37,724 nt of DNA from Candidatus Limnocylindrus sp. (GTDB lineage Bacteria; Chloroflexota; Limnocylindria; Limnocylindrales; Limnocylindraceae): the NCBI GenBank assembly GCA_044341795.1, contig JBIIRA010000001.1, positions 1 to 37,724 of the forward strand, in the 5' to 3' direction. The notes beneath the pieces are model-generated. The model saw only the letters and a list, made by a program, of their open reading frames with translations. It was not told the origin of the DNA and did not search any database. Positions 17,835 through 27,068 of this stretch are shown here, piece after piece (position 1 is the stretch's first letter; the number at the start of each line of letters is the position of its first letter). The translations under genes were made by a program, and so were the position numbers.

Positions 17835-18908
17835 CTAGCGGATTGCGGCGCCGGTGGCCGAATCGAAGAGGTGCAACTTCTCGAGCGAAAGGGCGAGCTG
17901 CACCTTGGTGCCGCGCGGCGTCTTGTGCTCGGAGCCGATCAGCGCCAGCACATCGCCACTCTTCGTGGAGAAGTGCAGCAGCTCTTGGGCGCCGAGGTAC
18001 TCAACAACATCTGCCGTGAGTTCAATCTGCGCCGCACCCTTTCCCGCCTTGCCGAACTCGAGGTGCTCTGGTCGGAAGCCGATCGTGACGCTGGTGCGCC
18101 CCTCCAGCGCCTTTGCACGCGCATCACTGATCTCAATGGCGATATCGCCCGTCTTCACGTGGCGGCCGTCAACGGTCGCCTCCAGCAGGTTCATTGCTGG
18201 CGATCCGATGAAGCCGGCGACAAAGCGATTCACTGGCAGGTCGTACAGATCCTGCGGCGTGCCGACCTGCTGCAACTTTCCGTCGCTCATCACGGCAATG
18301 CGCGTCCCCATCGTCATCGCCTCAACCTGATCGTGCGTCACATAGACGACGGTGGTCTTGAGGCGGGCATGTAGGCGGAGAATCTCCGCACGGGTCTGCA
18401 CGCGCAGCTGCGCGTCGAGGTTGGAGAGCGGCTCGTCCATCAGGAAGACGGCTGGCTCGCGGACGATCGCGCGCCCAAGGGCGACGCGCTGACGCTGGCC
18501 GCCGGAGAGCTCCTTCGGCTTACGGGAGAGGAGCTTGGTGAGGTCAAGGATCGCCGCCGCCTCGTTGACGCGGCGCTCGATCTCGCCCTTCTCAATCTTG
18601 CGCAGCTTGAGGCCGAAGGCGAGGTTGTCGCGCACGGTCATATGTGGGTAGAGGGCGTAGCTCTGGAAGACCATGGCAATGTCGCGATCTTTCGGCGCGA
18701 TGTCGTTCACGACCTTGTCGCCAATCAGCAGGGTGCCGTCGCTGATCTCTTCGAGGCCGGCGATCATGCGCAGCGAGGTGGTCTTGCCGCAGCCCGAGGG
18801 GCCCACGAGCACCATGAACTCGCCATCGTTGATCTCAAGGGAGAGATTGTCGACGGCGAGGACCTCGCCGTACTTCTTGGAGACACCCTGGAACGTGACC
18901 GTAGACAT
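17835..18908 (-). CDS. Sugar ABC transporter ATP-binding protein, MalK/UgpC/MsiK type (orphan ATPase)
   Basis: Walker A is 'GPSGCGKTT', the signature is 'LSGGQRQR' and Walker B is 'VFLMDEPLSNLD'. A C-terminal MalK-type regulatory domain is present. GAGGAGG lies 6 nt upstream of the ATG at 18908, and the track start GTG at 18914 abuts the Shine-Dalgarno sequence. No permease or binding-protein genes are adjacent. Confidence 0.9.
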   Translation of the reverse strand: MSTVTFQGVSKKYGEVLAVDNLSLEINDGEFMVLVGPSGCGKTTSLRMIAGLEEISDGTLLIGDKVVNDIAPKDRDIAMVFQSYALYPHMTVRDNLAFGLKLRKIEKGEIERRVNEAAAILDLTKLLSRKPKELSGGQRQRVALGRAIVREPAVFLMDEPLSNLDAQLRVQTRAEILRLHARLKTTVVYVTHDQVEAMTMGTRIAVMSDGKLQQVGTPQDLYDLPVNRFVAGFIGSPAMNLLEATVDGRHVKTGDIAIEISDARAKALEGRTSVTIGFRPEHLEFGKAGKGAAQIELTADVVEYLGAQELLHFSTKSGDVLALIGSEHKTPRGTKVQLALSLEKLHLFDSATGAAIR

Positions 18909-18999
18909 ATGCACCCTCCTCGCTGGCTGGCCCCTCTATGGGAGCATCCCGCCGCGAGGCGAGTCTATCAGCGCGCAGGGGTCAGGGCGGTCGGCGTCG

Positions 19000-20292
19000 C
19001 TACTTCTGGGCGACCCCCGTCGGCATCTCCTTGATCCCCCAGACCGGCCCAAAGAGGAGGGGGACGAAGGCGAAGGTGCCACCGATCCCGGCGATCAGGA
19101 GCGCCTCGCGCAGCCCGAGGTTCGTGCCAATGATCCCACCGAGCAGCGCGCCGATCGGGATGGTGCCCCACACGAACCAGCGCATCGTGGCGTTCATGCG
19201 ACCCGACATCTCAGGCGGCGTCAGGGCCTGGCGCAGGCTCACTTGGTTGATGTTGTACAGGGTGCCCGAGACGGCGGCGGCAAAGAAACCAGCACCGATC
19301 ACGAGGGCATTGAGAAGATCGTCACCAGGCTGGCAGAAGGCGAGTACCGCCACCAGCGGTCCACCCAGCGGGATGGTGAGCACGATGGTGCGACCAACCC
19401 CAAGCCTCTTTGAGATGCGATCCGCGAAGACGGCGCTAATGAGCCCGCCAGCGGATCCAAGTGTTGCCGCAAAACCGATGAGTGCGACGGAGAGTCCGAG
19501 CACGTTATAGGCGAAGAGCATCTCAACAGTCCCAGCAATGCCGCTGAACAGGTTGGAGGTTGCGGTGGCGCCACCGATCGTGCGTAGGGCCGGATGACCG
19601 AACACATATCGAAGGCCGGCAGCGATGTCGGATCGCAGCGAGGCGCGAGGCTTCTTTGATGCGGGCGCCGAGGCGTTGTTCTGCTCCGCTACAAACTCGT
19701 GCTTCGGCTTAATCGTGAACAGGAAGAGCGCCGAGAGCGCAAACGAGAGGGCATCAATCACGACTGCCATCGGCGCCTTCACGATGGCGATCAGCGCGCC
19801 AGCGAGGCTCGGGCCAAAAAGCCCAGCTGCGGATCGACTGATCTCGAGCTTTGAGTTCCCCTCGACGAGATCCTCTTTCGGAATGAGCGACGGGAGGTAG
19901 GCCTGATAGGCGACATCGAAGAAGACGGTGAGTGTGCCGAGCAAGATCCCGACGATCACCAACTGGGGAATCGAGAGGACACCGAGCGCGTAGGAGATGG
20001 GCAGTGTAAGCAACAGCACCGCTCGGCCAAGGTCGGCAGCGATGAGCACACCACGGCGCGGCAGGCGGTCAATGAGCGCACCAACGAGTAGTCCGATGAC
20101 CAAAAAGGGGACGGTGTCGGCGAGATTGATGATAGCGATCTCCATCGGGCCCGCGTTCAGGAGCTGGATGGCAACGATCGGCATCGCCAAGGCGCTGAAG
20201 CTGGAGCCGAGGTGGCTGATCGTTTCGGCGGCCCAGAGACGGACGAAGCCCGGGTCGTTAATCAGTCGACGGCGAGGTGCGGCTGTGGGCAA
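19000..20292 (-). CDS. MFS transporter (MFS_3 / EntS-like pattern)
   Basis: The protein has 12 predicted TM helices and the motif-A-like segment 'GALIDRLPRRGVLIAADLGR'. I place the start at the in-frame TTG at 20292, with GAGGAG 6 nt upstream. The track ORF continues to 20373 only by reading through the tRNA-His gene. Confidence 0.75.
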   Translation of the reverse strand: MPTAAPRRRLINDPGFVRLWAAETISHLGSSFSALAMPIVAIQLLNAGPMEIAIINLADTVPFLVIGLLVGALIDRLPRRGVLIAADLGRAVLLLTLPISYALGVLSIPQLVIVGILLGTLTVFFDVAYQAYLPSLIPKEDLVEGNSKLEISRSAAGLFGPSLAGALIAIVKAPMAVVIDALSFALSALFLFTIKPKHEFVAEQNNASAPASKKPRASLRSDIAAGLRYVFGHPALRTIGGATATSNLFSGIAGTVEMLFAYNVLGLSVALIGFAATLGSAGGLISAVFADRISKRLGVGRTIVLTIPLGGPLVAVLAFCQPGDDLLNALVIGAGFFAAAVSGTLYNINQVSLRQALTPPEMSGRMNATMRWFVWGTIPIGALLGGIIGTNLGLREALLIAGIGGTFAFVPLLFGPVWGIKEMPTGVAQK

Positions 20293-20312
20293 AATGCGCT
20301 CCTCAGGTCTGG

Positions 20313-20388
20313 TGGGGTGGCCAGAGGGAATTGAACCCTCATCTGCGGCTCCACAAACCACGGTCCTAACCATTGAACGATGGCCACC
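20313..20388 (-). tRNA. tRNA-His (anticodon GTG), with encoded G-1 and 3' CCA
   Basis: The minus-strand sequence is GGTGGCCATCGTTCAATGGTTAGGACCGTGGTTTGTGGAGCCGCAGATGAGGGTTCAATTCCCTCTGGCCACCCCA, and it folds by hand. The acceptor stem is GTGGCCA/TGGCCAC and the D stem is GTTC/GGAC. The anticodon stem GTGGT/GCCGC carries the loop TTGTGGA. The T arm is GAGGG-TTCAATT-CCCTC. The extra 5' G pairing with C73 is the histidine identity element. Confidence 0.9.
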
Positions 20389-20487
20389 AAGTCAGCCGCC
20401 ATCTTACCCTGCGAGGCGGGGGGTGGCGCAGGGTAGACTGGGGGTCGGCGCCTTCCCACAAGGGTGGTGCCCGTAGGGAGGGTCAAG

Positions 20488-21174
20488 ATGCAGATTCGAC
20501 GCGCAATGCCCGCCATGGGGCGCATTCCCGCCGCCGAGTACGGCGTGACACTGGGCGACTTCTTCTTTCCCGTCTTCCTCGGCGAGCGCCTCGGCGCCCG
20601 ACTGCAAGGCCTCGCGCTGGCCGTCGTCGGCGCGGCGATCGTGGCCGCCTCCGCCCAGATCGTGATTCCACTCCCTGGCACCCCTGTACCGATCACCGGG
20701 CAGACCTTCGGTGTGCTCTTGGTTGGCGCAGCCCTTGGCGCCCGCCGCGGCCTTGCGTCGATGGCGCTCTATCTCGCCCTCGGCATCCTCGGCGCCCCGA
20801 TCTTTCGCGAAGGGAGTCACGGCATTGAGAAGTTCTTTACCTCTAGTGATGCTGGCCTGTTGCAGTTCGCCCCAACTGGCGGCTACCTCGTTGGCATGCT
20901 CTTCGCCGGATGGATCGTTGGGCGACTCGCTGACCTCGGCTGGGATCGCAGTGTGATCGGCACGATTGCCGCCATGACCATCGGCAGCCTGATCATTTAC
21001 AGCTTCGGCGTGCCGTGGCTCGCCGCCTCAGCGAACCTTGAGATCGGTGTTGCCATTCAAAAGGGGGTCGCCCCATTCCTGCTTGGCGATGCGATCAAGC
21101 TGGCGCTGGCGGCTGCGGTCTTCCCTTCGGCCTGGTGGTACGTGAACCACGGCCGGAGCGACGGTCCACGCTGA
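20488..21174 (+). CDS. bioY: Biotin transporter S-component BioY (solitary)
   Basis: The pattern 'PITGQTFGVLLVGAALGARRG...YLALGILGAPIF...GGYLVGMLFAGWIVG...APFLLGDAIKLALAA' is typical of BioY. A GGGAGGG Shine-Dalgarno sequence lies 6 nt upstream of the ATG at 20488. No bioMN/ecfAT genes are adjacent. Confidence 0.85.
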   Translation: MQIRRAMPAMGRIPAAEYGVTLGDFFFPVFLGERLGARLQGLALAVVGAAIVAASAQIVIPLPGTPVPITGQTFGVLLVGAALGARRGLASMALYLALGILGAPIFREGSHGIEKFFTSSDAGLLQFAPTGGYLVGMLFAGWIVGRLADLGWDRSVIGTIAAMTIGSLIIYSFGVPWLAASANLEIGVAIQKGVAPFLLGDAIKLALAAAVFPSAWWYVNHGRSDGPR

Positions 21175-21193
21175 TTTAACGGCGACGCACCTG

Positions 21194-22729
21194 ATGCGTC
21201 GACCCGTTCGCGCCGCGCTCCTCGCCTTCGACCTCGGGAGCACCTCAGTTAAAGCGCTTCTCCTTGATGCTGAGAGTGGTGCGCCAATTGCCATTGCACG
21301 GCGTGCAACCAGTGGCGGGGCAGATGCGCGTGAACAGGATGCCGACACGTGGTGGGAGGCGATCTGCGCCGCCACCCACGAGGTGATGGCGCTCGCATCG
21401 GCGCAGAGCCCTGATGCGATTGAGGTTCGCGGGATCGGCGTCGATGGCCACGGACCATCGTTAACCCCAGTACGTGCCGATGGGAGCGCCGCTGGTCCGG
21501 CCCTGATGTGGCGCGACCGCCGTTCAGCCGACGACGAGGCCGCACTCGCAAAGATTCTTGGACGTGGCGGATGGCTCCTCGGCGAACTGCCGAAGGCGCG
21601 GTGGCTTATTCGCGAGCGCCCTGCGGTTGCCGCCGCATCCACGTGGCTCCTCTCGTCGTGGGATGCACTCACCCTGCGACTCTCTGGTGAGGCGGTCAGC
21701 GCCTTCTGGGATCCGGCGCGAAGCGTCTCTCCCGCCCAGCGCAGCGCGCTGCTCGCTGCAGGTCTAGATGAGCGAGCACTCCCGCCTGAGGTATTCCCCG
21801 GCACCAGAATCGGCACACTGCTCCCTGGCCCAGCTGCAGATCTCGGCCTCTCCGCCGGCCTGCCGATCGCGGCAGGGATGAACGATGGCCTCGCCGCCGT
21901 TGTTGGCGCTGGTCTCACCGATCCTGGGCTCGGCGTCGATGTGGGTGGCACCGCGGGTGGCGTCGCCGTTGCGGCAACTCCCGTGGAGGCAGCGCGCATC
22001 ACCGCTGCACTCCCTGGCCGCCTCTGGGCAGGACCGACTCCAGCACCGTTCGGCGACGGGGTGATCCTTGGCGGCGCATTCGCAGGTACCGGTCGACTCC
22101 TTGAGTGGGTCGTTACGGAGCTACTCGCCAATGATCCAGCAGCGGCGCCTGCGCGCCGCGCTGAACTCTTCCACGCCGCCGCTGCACTGCCACTCGGCGC
22201 CGATGGACTCATGGCGAAACCAATCTCGAACCTTGGCTGGAGCAGCCCTCGCTCCGCCGAGGATGCATTCGTTGGGCGAACGGATCAGCACCGCGCAGCG
22301 CACCTGGTGCGCGCAGCGATCGAGAGTGGTGCACTTGCCGTCGCGCACCTGCTCGCGCCAGCGATTGAAGCCGGGCTGCAGATCAGCGAGATGCGCCTCT
22401 CGGGTCCAGCAACCGGCGCAGCACCTGGGCCGCTCTCTGGCGGCGAGTCTGTCTCCGCGCCACTGATTCAGCTGCGTGCCGATCTTTTCGGTGTGCCCGT
22501 GGTGATTGGCCAGAACCCCGAGGCATCAGCGGCGGGCGCTGCCGCCCTTGCCGGTGTCGCGGCTGGCACCTTTGCCAACCTTCGCGAAGCCTCACACGCG
22601 GTTGCGACTCCAGCGCATCGCGTGGAGCCCGATCGACGCGCACAGGAACGTGCGCGGGAGCTTCTACAGAAACATGGCGAACTCGCTGCGGCGACAGGGG
22701 AGAGCGGCGCGGGCCGCCGCGAGGACTAA
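21194..22729 (+). CDS. FGGY-family carbohydrate kinase (xylulokinase/glycerol kinase-like)
   Basis: The N-terminal '[17 protein letters not shown]' (actin-fold phosphate-1), '[14 protein letters not shown]' and 'MWRDRRS' are FGGY N-domain motifs. The protein is 511 aa. The large antisense ORF (21028-22212) is compositional junk. Confidence 0.8.
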   Translation: MRRPVRAALLAFDLGSTSVKALLLDAESGAPIAIARRATSGGADAREQDADTWWEAICAATHEVMALASAQSPDAIEVRGIGVDGHGPSLTPVRADGSAAGPALMWRDRRSADDEAALAKILGRGGWLLGELPKARWLIRERPAVAAASTWLLSSWDALTLRLSGEAVSAFWDPARSVSPAQRSALLAAGLDERALPPEVFPGTRIGTLLPGPAADLGLSAGLPIAAGMNDGLAAVVGAGLTDPGLGVDVGGTAGGVAVAATPVEAARITAALPGRLWAGPTPAPFGDGVILGGAFAGTGRLLEWVVTELLANDPAAAPARRAELFHAAAALPLGADGLMAKPISNLGWSSPRSAEDAFVGRTDQHRAAHLVRAAIESGALAVAHLLAPAIEAGLQISEMRLSGPATGAAPGPLSGGESVSAPLIQLRADLFGVPVVIGQNPEASAAGAAALAGVAAGTFANLREASHAVATPAHRVEPDRRAQERARELLQKHGELAAATGESGAGRRED

Positions 22730-23871
22730 GCCTTCCGCTTTGCCTTCGGAGCAGTCGTAGCAGCCGCCTTCGGCTTCGCCGCGGGCTTCACCTTCGTAGC
22801 AGCCTTAATGGCGCGCGCAATCTCCAGTCGGCCGGCGGCGGTGGTGGCCGCAGCGCCATCGGCGAGTGGGAAGTGGCAGGCTACGCTCACGGTGACATCG
22901 CGTGGCGTGGCGACCAGCTTCGGCTCTTCGGTTGAGCACTTCTCTGGGTTGCCGAGCTGTTCGCGCAACCAGCAGCGTGTGCGGAAGCGGCAGCCCGATG
23001 GTGGCGAGATTGGCGACGGAATTTCGCCCTCAAGAATGAGGCGATCCTTGACGTTATGCGCTTCAACCTTCGGGACCGCCGAGATCAGTGCCACGGTGTA
23101 CGGATGCTGCGGCTTGGTGAAGACGCGATCAACCGGACCAATTTCGACGACCTTGCCGAGATACATGACGGCGACGCGGTCCGAAAAGTAGCCGACAACG
23201 TCAAGGTTATGGCTGATGAAGAGGTAGGTCAGCCCCTTCTCGTTGCGCAGGTCGGTGAGTAGGTTGAGCACCTGGCTCTGAATCGAGACGTCGAGCGCAG
23301 AGACCGGCTCGTCGAGCACGATGAACTCTGGGTTTACCGCAAGGGCGCGGGCGATGCCAATGCGCTGTCGCTGGCCGCCCGAGAACTCATGCGGGTAGCG
23401 CGATGCATAGTTTGGATCGAGGCCGACAAGGTCGAGCACTTCGCGCACGCGCTTCTCGCGGGCGGCATGATCACCAAGCTTGTGGGCGAGGAGGCCCTCT
23501 TCGATCTGGTCACCAATCGGCAGACGCGGGTTTAGCGAGCCGAACGGATCCTGGAAGACGATCTGCATACGCTTGCGCAACGCTCGGCGTTCAGCGACAG
23601 GGAGCTTCTTGATCTCGCGGCCGTCATAGGTGACGGATCCTGCGGTGGCTGGCTGCAGACCGAGCGCCACACGGCCGAGCGTTGTCTTCCCGGAGCCCGA
23701 CTCGCCGACGAGGCTGAGGGTCTCTCCGCGAGTCACCGTGAGGTCAACGCCGTCGACGGCGCGAACCGCGAGCGGCTTGCGAATCAGTGGGATGCCGCCA
23801 CGCACCTGGAAATGGCGCTTCACGCCGACGAGCTTCAGAAGTTCGCGCTTATCTGCAGCCTTACCACTCAT
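22726..23871 (-). CDS. Peptide ABC transporter ATP-binding protein (OppF/DppF-like) with Lys/Ala/Pro-rich C-terminal tail
   Basis: The ATG at 23871 overlaps the upstream stop (ATGA). Walker A is 'GESGSGKTT', the signature is 'FSGGQRQR' and Walker B is '[12 protein letters not shown]'. The oligopeptide C-terminal domain 'CRFRTRC' is present. The tail reads '...[26 protein letters not shown]'. Confidence 0.9.
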   Translation of the reverse strand: MSGKAADKRELLKLVGVKRHFQVRGGIPLIRKPLAVRAVDGVDLTVTRGETLSLVGESGSGKTTLGRVALGLQPATAGSVTYDGREIKKLPVAERRALRKRMQIVFQDPFGSLNPRLPIGDQIEEGLLAHKLGDHAAREKRVREVLDLVGLDPNYASRYPHEFSGGQRQRIGIARALAVNPEFIVLDEPVSALDVSIQSQVLNLLTDLRNEKGLTYLFISHNLDVVGYFSDRVAVMYLGKVVEIGPVDRVFTKPQHPYTVALISAVPKVEAHNVKDRLILEGEIPSPISPPSGCRFRTRCWLREQLGNPEKCSTEEPKLVATPRDVTVSVACHFPLADGAAATTAAGRLEIARAIKAATKVKPAAKPKAAATTAPKAKRKA

Positions 23872-24905
23872 CGTGCCGCCCCCTTCTTGGCTGGTGCGGT
23901 GCGCTTCCCTGCGGCGGTGCCGTTGAGCACCTCCTTGGTGCGAATGCAGCGAACGAGGCGCCCATCCTTGAGCGGCTCGAGTGGTGGCACGGCGGTGGTA
24001 CATGCGGTAATTGCGTATCGGCAACGTGGGGCGAAGCGGCAGCCGGCGGGGAAGGCGTCAGGCGACGGCACCATGCCGGTGATGGTGTTGAGCTTCTTGC
24101 CACGTGCGGCGAACGAGGGGACTGAGGTCACGAGGTCACGCGTGTAGGGGCTCGCTGGCTCGCGCAGCACGCTGGCGGCCTTGCCCGTCTCAACGATCTG
24201 GCCCGCATACATGACAGCGATGCGGTCGGCCGTCTCGGCTACGACACCAAGGTCGTGGGTGATCAGCAGGAGTGCGGCACCACGCTCGGTAGTGGTGCGG
24301 CGCAACAGGTCAAGTACTTGCGCCTGAATGGTGACGTCGAGGGCGGTGGTCGGCTCGTCGGCAATGATCATGGAGGGCTCTCCCGAGAGGGCCATGGCGA
24401 TCATGGCGCGCTGACGCATGCCACCCGAGAGCTGGTGGGGGTACTGCTTCGCGCGCTGCTCTGGCTGCGAGATCTCGACCTGTTCGAGATAGCCGATCGC
24501 CAACTTGTGCGCCTCTTTCCAGCTCAACTTGCGATGGGCAACGATCACCTCGGCGATCTGCTCACCAATCGTGGTGACTGGGTTGAGAGCCGAGAGTGGC
24601 TCCTGAAAGATCACGCCGATCCCACCGCCACGAATTGGGCGGAGCGCCTCTTCACTCAGGCCAACGAGCTCGCGCCCCTTGAACTTGACCGAGCCCTCGA
24701 TGATCGCTTGCTTGCGGCTGAGGAGTGAAATGATTGCCATCGCCGAGACGGTCTTACCCGACCCCGACTCACCAACAATCGCCAGACACTCACCAGCGGC
24801 GAGGTCAAACGAGACGCCGTCAACGACGCGCAGCGTGCCGCGATGGGTGCGGAACGAGATCGCAAGATCGCGGACGCTCAGCAGTGGTGCTGTTGCCTTG
24901 CTCAT
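23868..24905 (-). CDS. Peptide ABC transporter ATP-binding protein (OppD/DppD-like)
   Basis: Walker A is 'GESGSGKTV', the signature is 'LSGGMRQR' and Walker B is '[12 protein letters not shown]'. The C-terminal 'CRFAPRC' motif is present. The ATG overlaps the permease stop (ATGA). Confidence 0.9.
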   Translation of the reverse strand: MSKATAPLLSVRDLAISFRTHRGTLRVVDGVSFDLAAGECLAIVGESGSGKTVSAMAIISLLSRKQAIIEGSVKFKGRELVGLSEEALRPIRGGGIGVIFQEPLSALNPVTTIGEQIAEVIVAHRKLSWKEAHKLAIGYLEQVEISQPEQRAKQYPHQLSGGMRQRAMIAMALSGEPSMIIADEPTTALDVTIQAQVLDLLRRTTTERGAALLLITHDLGVVAETADRIAVMYAGQIVETGKAASVLREPASPYTRDLVTSVPSFAARGKKLNTITGMVPSPDAFPAGCRFAPRCRYAITACTTAVPPLEPLKDGRLVRCIRTKEVLNGTAAGKRTAPAKKGAAR

Positions 24906-25834
24906 GCGCGTCGCCCCTCGGGCTCAAGGCTCTCGCGCAGGGCATCGCCCACCATGTTCACGGAGAGGGCTGTGAGGACAATGAAGAGTCCTGGGAATCC
25001 GACCCACCACCAGTTCCCCTGGAGGAAGAACTGCTGCGAGTTGGAGAGCATGTTTCCCCACGTTGGTGTGAGCGGCGATACGCCGAAGCCAAGGTAGCTA
25101 ATGAAGGCCTCGCCGATGATCGCCCCACCAACGGCGAATGGGAATGAGACGACGACCGGGCCAATGGCATTCGGCAAGACGTGGCGCAGGGCGATGCGAA
25201 CAGGTGAGACACCGAGCGCACGCGCTGCTTCGATGAACTCCATCTCGCGTAGTGCAAGAACCTGCCCGCGAACCAACCGCGCGGTGCCCATCCAGCCGAA
25301 CAGCACGAAGACAATGATTACGGTCATCAGGCCTGTGCCACCAAGCTCAGAGATGATGCGCGCGCCAACGATGATCACGAAGAGGCTTGGGATGGCGAGG
25401 AAGACGTCGACGAGGCGCATCAGGAAGCCGTCAAGCTTGCCGCCGAAGTAGCCGGAGATGATGCCGACTAGGGTGCCAATCGCGATGCCGCCAATCGCCG
25501 AGATGAATCCGATGAGGAGAGAGCCCCTGCCGCCGTTGACCGTCAACATGAACACATCAAGCTGCAGCTGGGCTGTTTCACCAAAGATGTGCTCGAGAGA
25601 TGGTGGTCGCCCAAGGAAGACGAACTCGCTTGGTGTTGGGACGCTGAAGCGATCATACGGAGCAATGAACGGACCGACGACGACAAAGAGGACAACGAAA
25701 ATGAGGATTCGTAGGCCCCAGGGTCCCTGGCGACCAGCAAAAAAACGGCGCCGTGCCTGCGCCCATGGGCTTTCAGATACTGCGGCACTCTTTACCGCGA
25801 CGTTCCTATTCTTTGCGTTTGCCTTAGTGGTCAC
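24902..25834 (-). CDS. Peptide ABC transporter permease (OppC/DppC-like)
   Basis: The protein has six TM helices. The EAA-type loop is 'FIEAARALGVSPVRIALRHVLPNA'. The GTG start overlaps the upstream stop (GTGA). Confidence 0.9.
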   Translation of the reverse strand: MTTKANAKNRNVAVKSAAVSESPWAQARRRFFAGRQGPWGLRILIFVVLFVVVGPFIAPYDRFSVPTPSEFVFLGRPPSLEHIFGETAQLQLDVFMLTVNGGRGSLLIGFISAIGGIAIGTLVGIISGYFGGKLDGFLMRLVDVFLAIPSLFVIIVGARIISELGGTGLMTVIIVFVLFGWMGTARLVRGQVLALREMEFIEAARALGVSPVRIALRHVLPNAIGPVVVSFPFAVGGAIIGEAFISYLGFGVSPLTPTWGNMLSNSQQFFLQGNWWWVGFPGLFIVLTALSVNMVGDALRESLEPEGRRA

Positions 25835-26925
25835 AGCCGCACGCGCGGGTCAAGGACTGCGTAGAGGATGTCGGCAACGAGGTTGCCAATGACGACCATC
25901 ACCGAGCCGATGAGCAAGATCGACATGAGAACCGGGTAGTCCAAGTTGTTGGTTGCTTGTAGCGTGAGCCGCCCAATGCCTGGCCACGAGAAGATGGACT
26001 CGGTGATGAGGGCGCCGCCGAAGAGGAAGGGGAGTGCGAGTCCAATGTTGGTGGCAAAGGGCACCAGAGCGGTGCGCAACGCATGGCGCATGAGCACTCG
26101 AGCCCGGGTGAGGCCCTTTGCCCGCGCCGTACGCACGTGCTCCATCGAGAGCGAATCAATCACGCTTGCGCGCACATAGCGCGAATCGCCGGAGAAGCTG
26201 ACGATGACGAGTGTCATAACCGGCAGCACCAGATGCGCGCCGAGATCCAATACGGCAGCGAGTGGGTTACTGGAGAAGTATTGCCAGTAAAGATCGCTCC
26301 CGAACGCCGGGGATTCACGTCCATTCACCATGCCGTCAACCGGCGTGAGGTTCAGCACGATGGCGAATAGGAACATGAGCAGGAATCCCAATAAAAATGT
26401 CGGGAATGTAGAGAGGACGTAGGTGATGGTGGTCACGCCGTTGTCCAATCGGCCGCCGTTGTTTACGCCCGTGTACACCCCCACAATCACCGCAAGCGTG
26501 AGCCAGATCACAATGGAGAGCCCAGCCAGGATCAGGGTGGGGAGTGCCGCACCCGCGATGAGGTAAGCGACAGATTCGCCACTGAAATAGGAGTACCCGA
26601 GTTCGCCATGAATGAGTCCTGTGTAGACGCCGGAGATAGAGGCGGGGAGGAAGCTCGGGAACCCTGTTGGCCCGACCAGCGCGTCGAGCCCATCGGCATC
26701 CCTGCGGCATGCGCCGAGCCAGCGGCAGTACTGCACTGGAACTGGCTGATCCAGCCCGAGCGACTTCAGGTAGCCCTCTTTCTGGGCGGCTGTGTACTTA
26801 GGGTTCAGCGCGAACTTCTGCTCGGGGCCACCAGGGGCCGCGAGGAGAAGAGCGTAGATGAGGACGGTGGAGCCAAGCATGATCGTGACGCCGAGCGCGA
26901 TGCGCTTCAGTGCGTACTTAATCAT
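25831..26925 (-). CDS. Peptide ABC transporter permease (OppB/DppB-like)
   Basis: 'MIKYALKRIA...' is the typical OppB N-terminus. The EAA loop is 'HVRTARAKGLTRARVLMRHALRTALVP'. AAGGAGG lies 5 nt upstream of the ATG at 26925. Confidence 0.9.
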   Translation of the reverse strand: MIKYALKRIALGVTIMLGSTVLIYALLLAAPGGPEQKFALNPKYTAAQKEGYLKSLGLDQPVPVQYCRWLGACRRDADGLDALVGPTGFPSFLPASISGVYTGLIHGELGYSYFSGESVAYLIAGAALPTLILAGLSIVIWLTLAVIVGVYTGVNNGGRLDNGVTTITYVLSTFPTFLLGFLLMFLFAIVLNLTPVDGMVNGRESPAFGSDLYWQYFSSNPLAAVLDLGAHLVLPVMTLVIVSFSGDSRYVRASVIDSLSMEHVRTARAKGLTRARVLMRHALRTALVPFATNIGLALPFLFGGALITESIFSWPGIGRLTLQATNNLDYPVLMSILLIGSVMVVIGNLVADILYAVLDPRVRL

Positions 26926-26997
26926 GCGGCCTCCTTTGTTCGTGCTGGTAGGTCATGCGTCCTACCGGGGGGATAGTAGTGGTGAGTCTGGAGTGAT

Positions 26998-27043
26998 GTG
27001 CGGCCGTCGCAGAACCCCTCTCGGGGTCCCGCGACGGCCGCAC
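26998..27043 (-). terminator. Very stable intercistronic hairpin between the binding-protein gene and the permease genes (attenuator / mRNA-stabilising 3' structure)
   Basis: GTGCGGCCGTCGC (26998-27010) is the perfect reverse complement of GCGACGGCCGCAC (27031-27043). An inner 5-bp stem, ACCCC/GGGGT, carries a TCTC tetraloop. The hairpin begins 25 nt after the binding-protein stop codon. No U-tract follows it. Confidence 0.45.
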
Positions 27044-27068
27044 GCCGAATTCGTTTCGGCTGACCTAC

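Noticed and set aside
18673-19510. Overlapping 246-aa and 190-aa plus-strand ORFs
   Set aside because: They span the junction of the msiK-like and MFS genes on the opposite strand. The translations are low-complexity and Pro/Arg/Ser-rich. Both real genes carry strong motifs.
20293-20373. N-terminal 27 codons of the 457-aa MFS ORF
   Set aside because: These codons are the tRNA-His gene read as protein ('VRTVVCGAADEGSIPSGHP'). The real start is the TTG at 20292, which has a well-placed Shine-Dalgarno sequence.
21028-22212. 394-aa ORF on the minus strand
   Set aside because: It is entirely antisense to the FGGY kinase gene, which has clear family motifs. Its translation is dominated by Ala, Ser, Arg and Pro, with no motifs. 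This is the usual shadow ORF in high-GC DNA.
22726-24024. 432-aa version of the oppF-like ORF
   Set aside because: The first 51 codons overlap the oppD-like gene and are His/Arg-rich. The ATG at 23871 forms the ATGA coupling typical of this operon, and it is followed immediately by the conserved ABC N-terminus.
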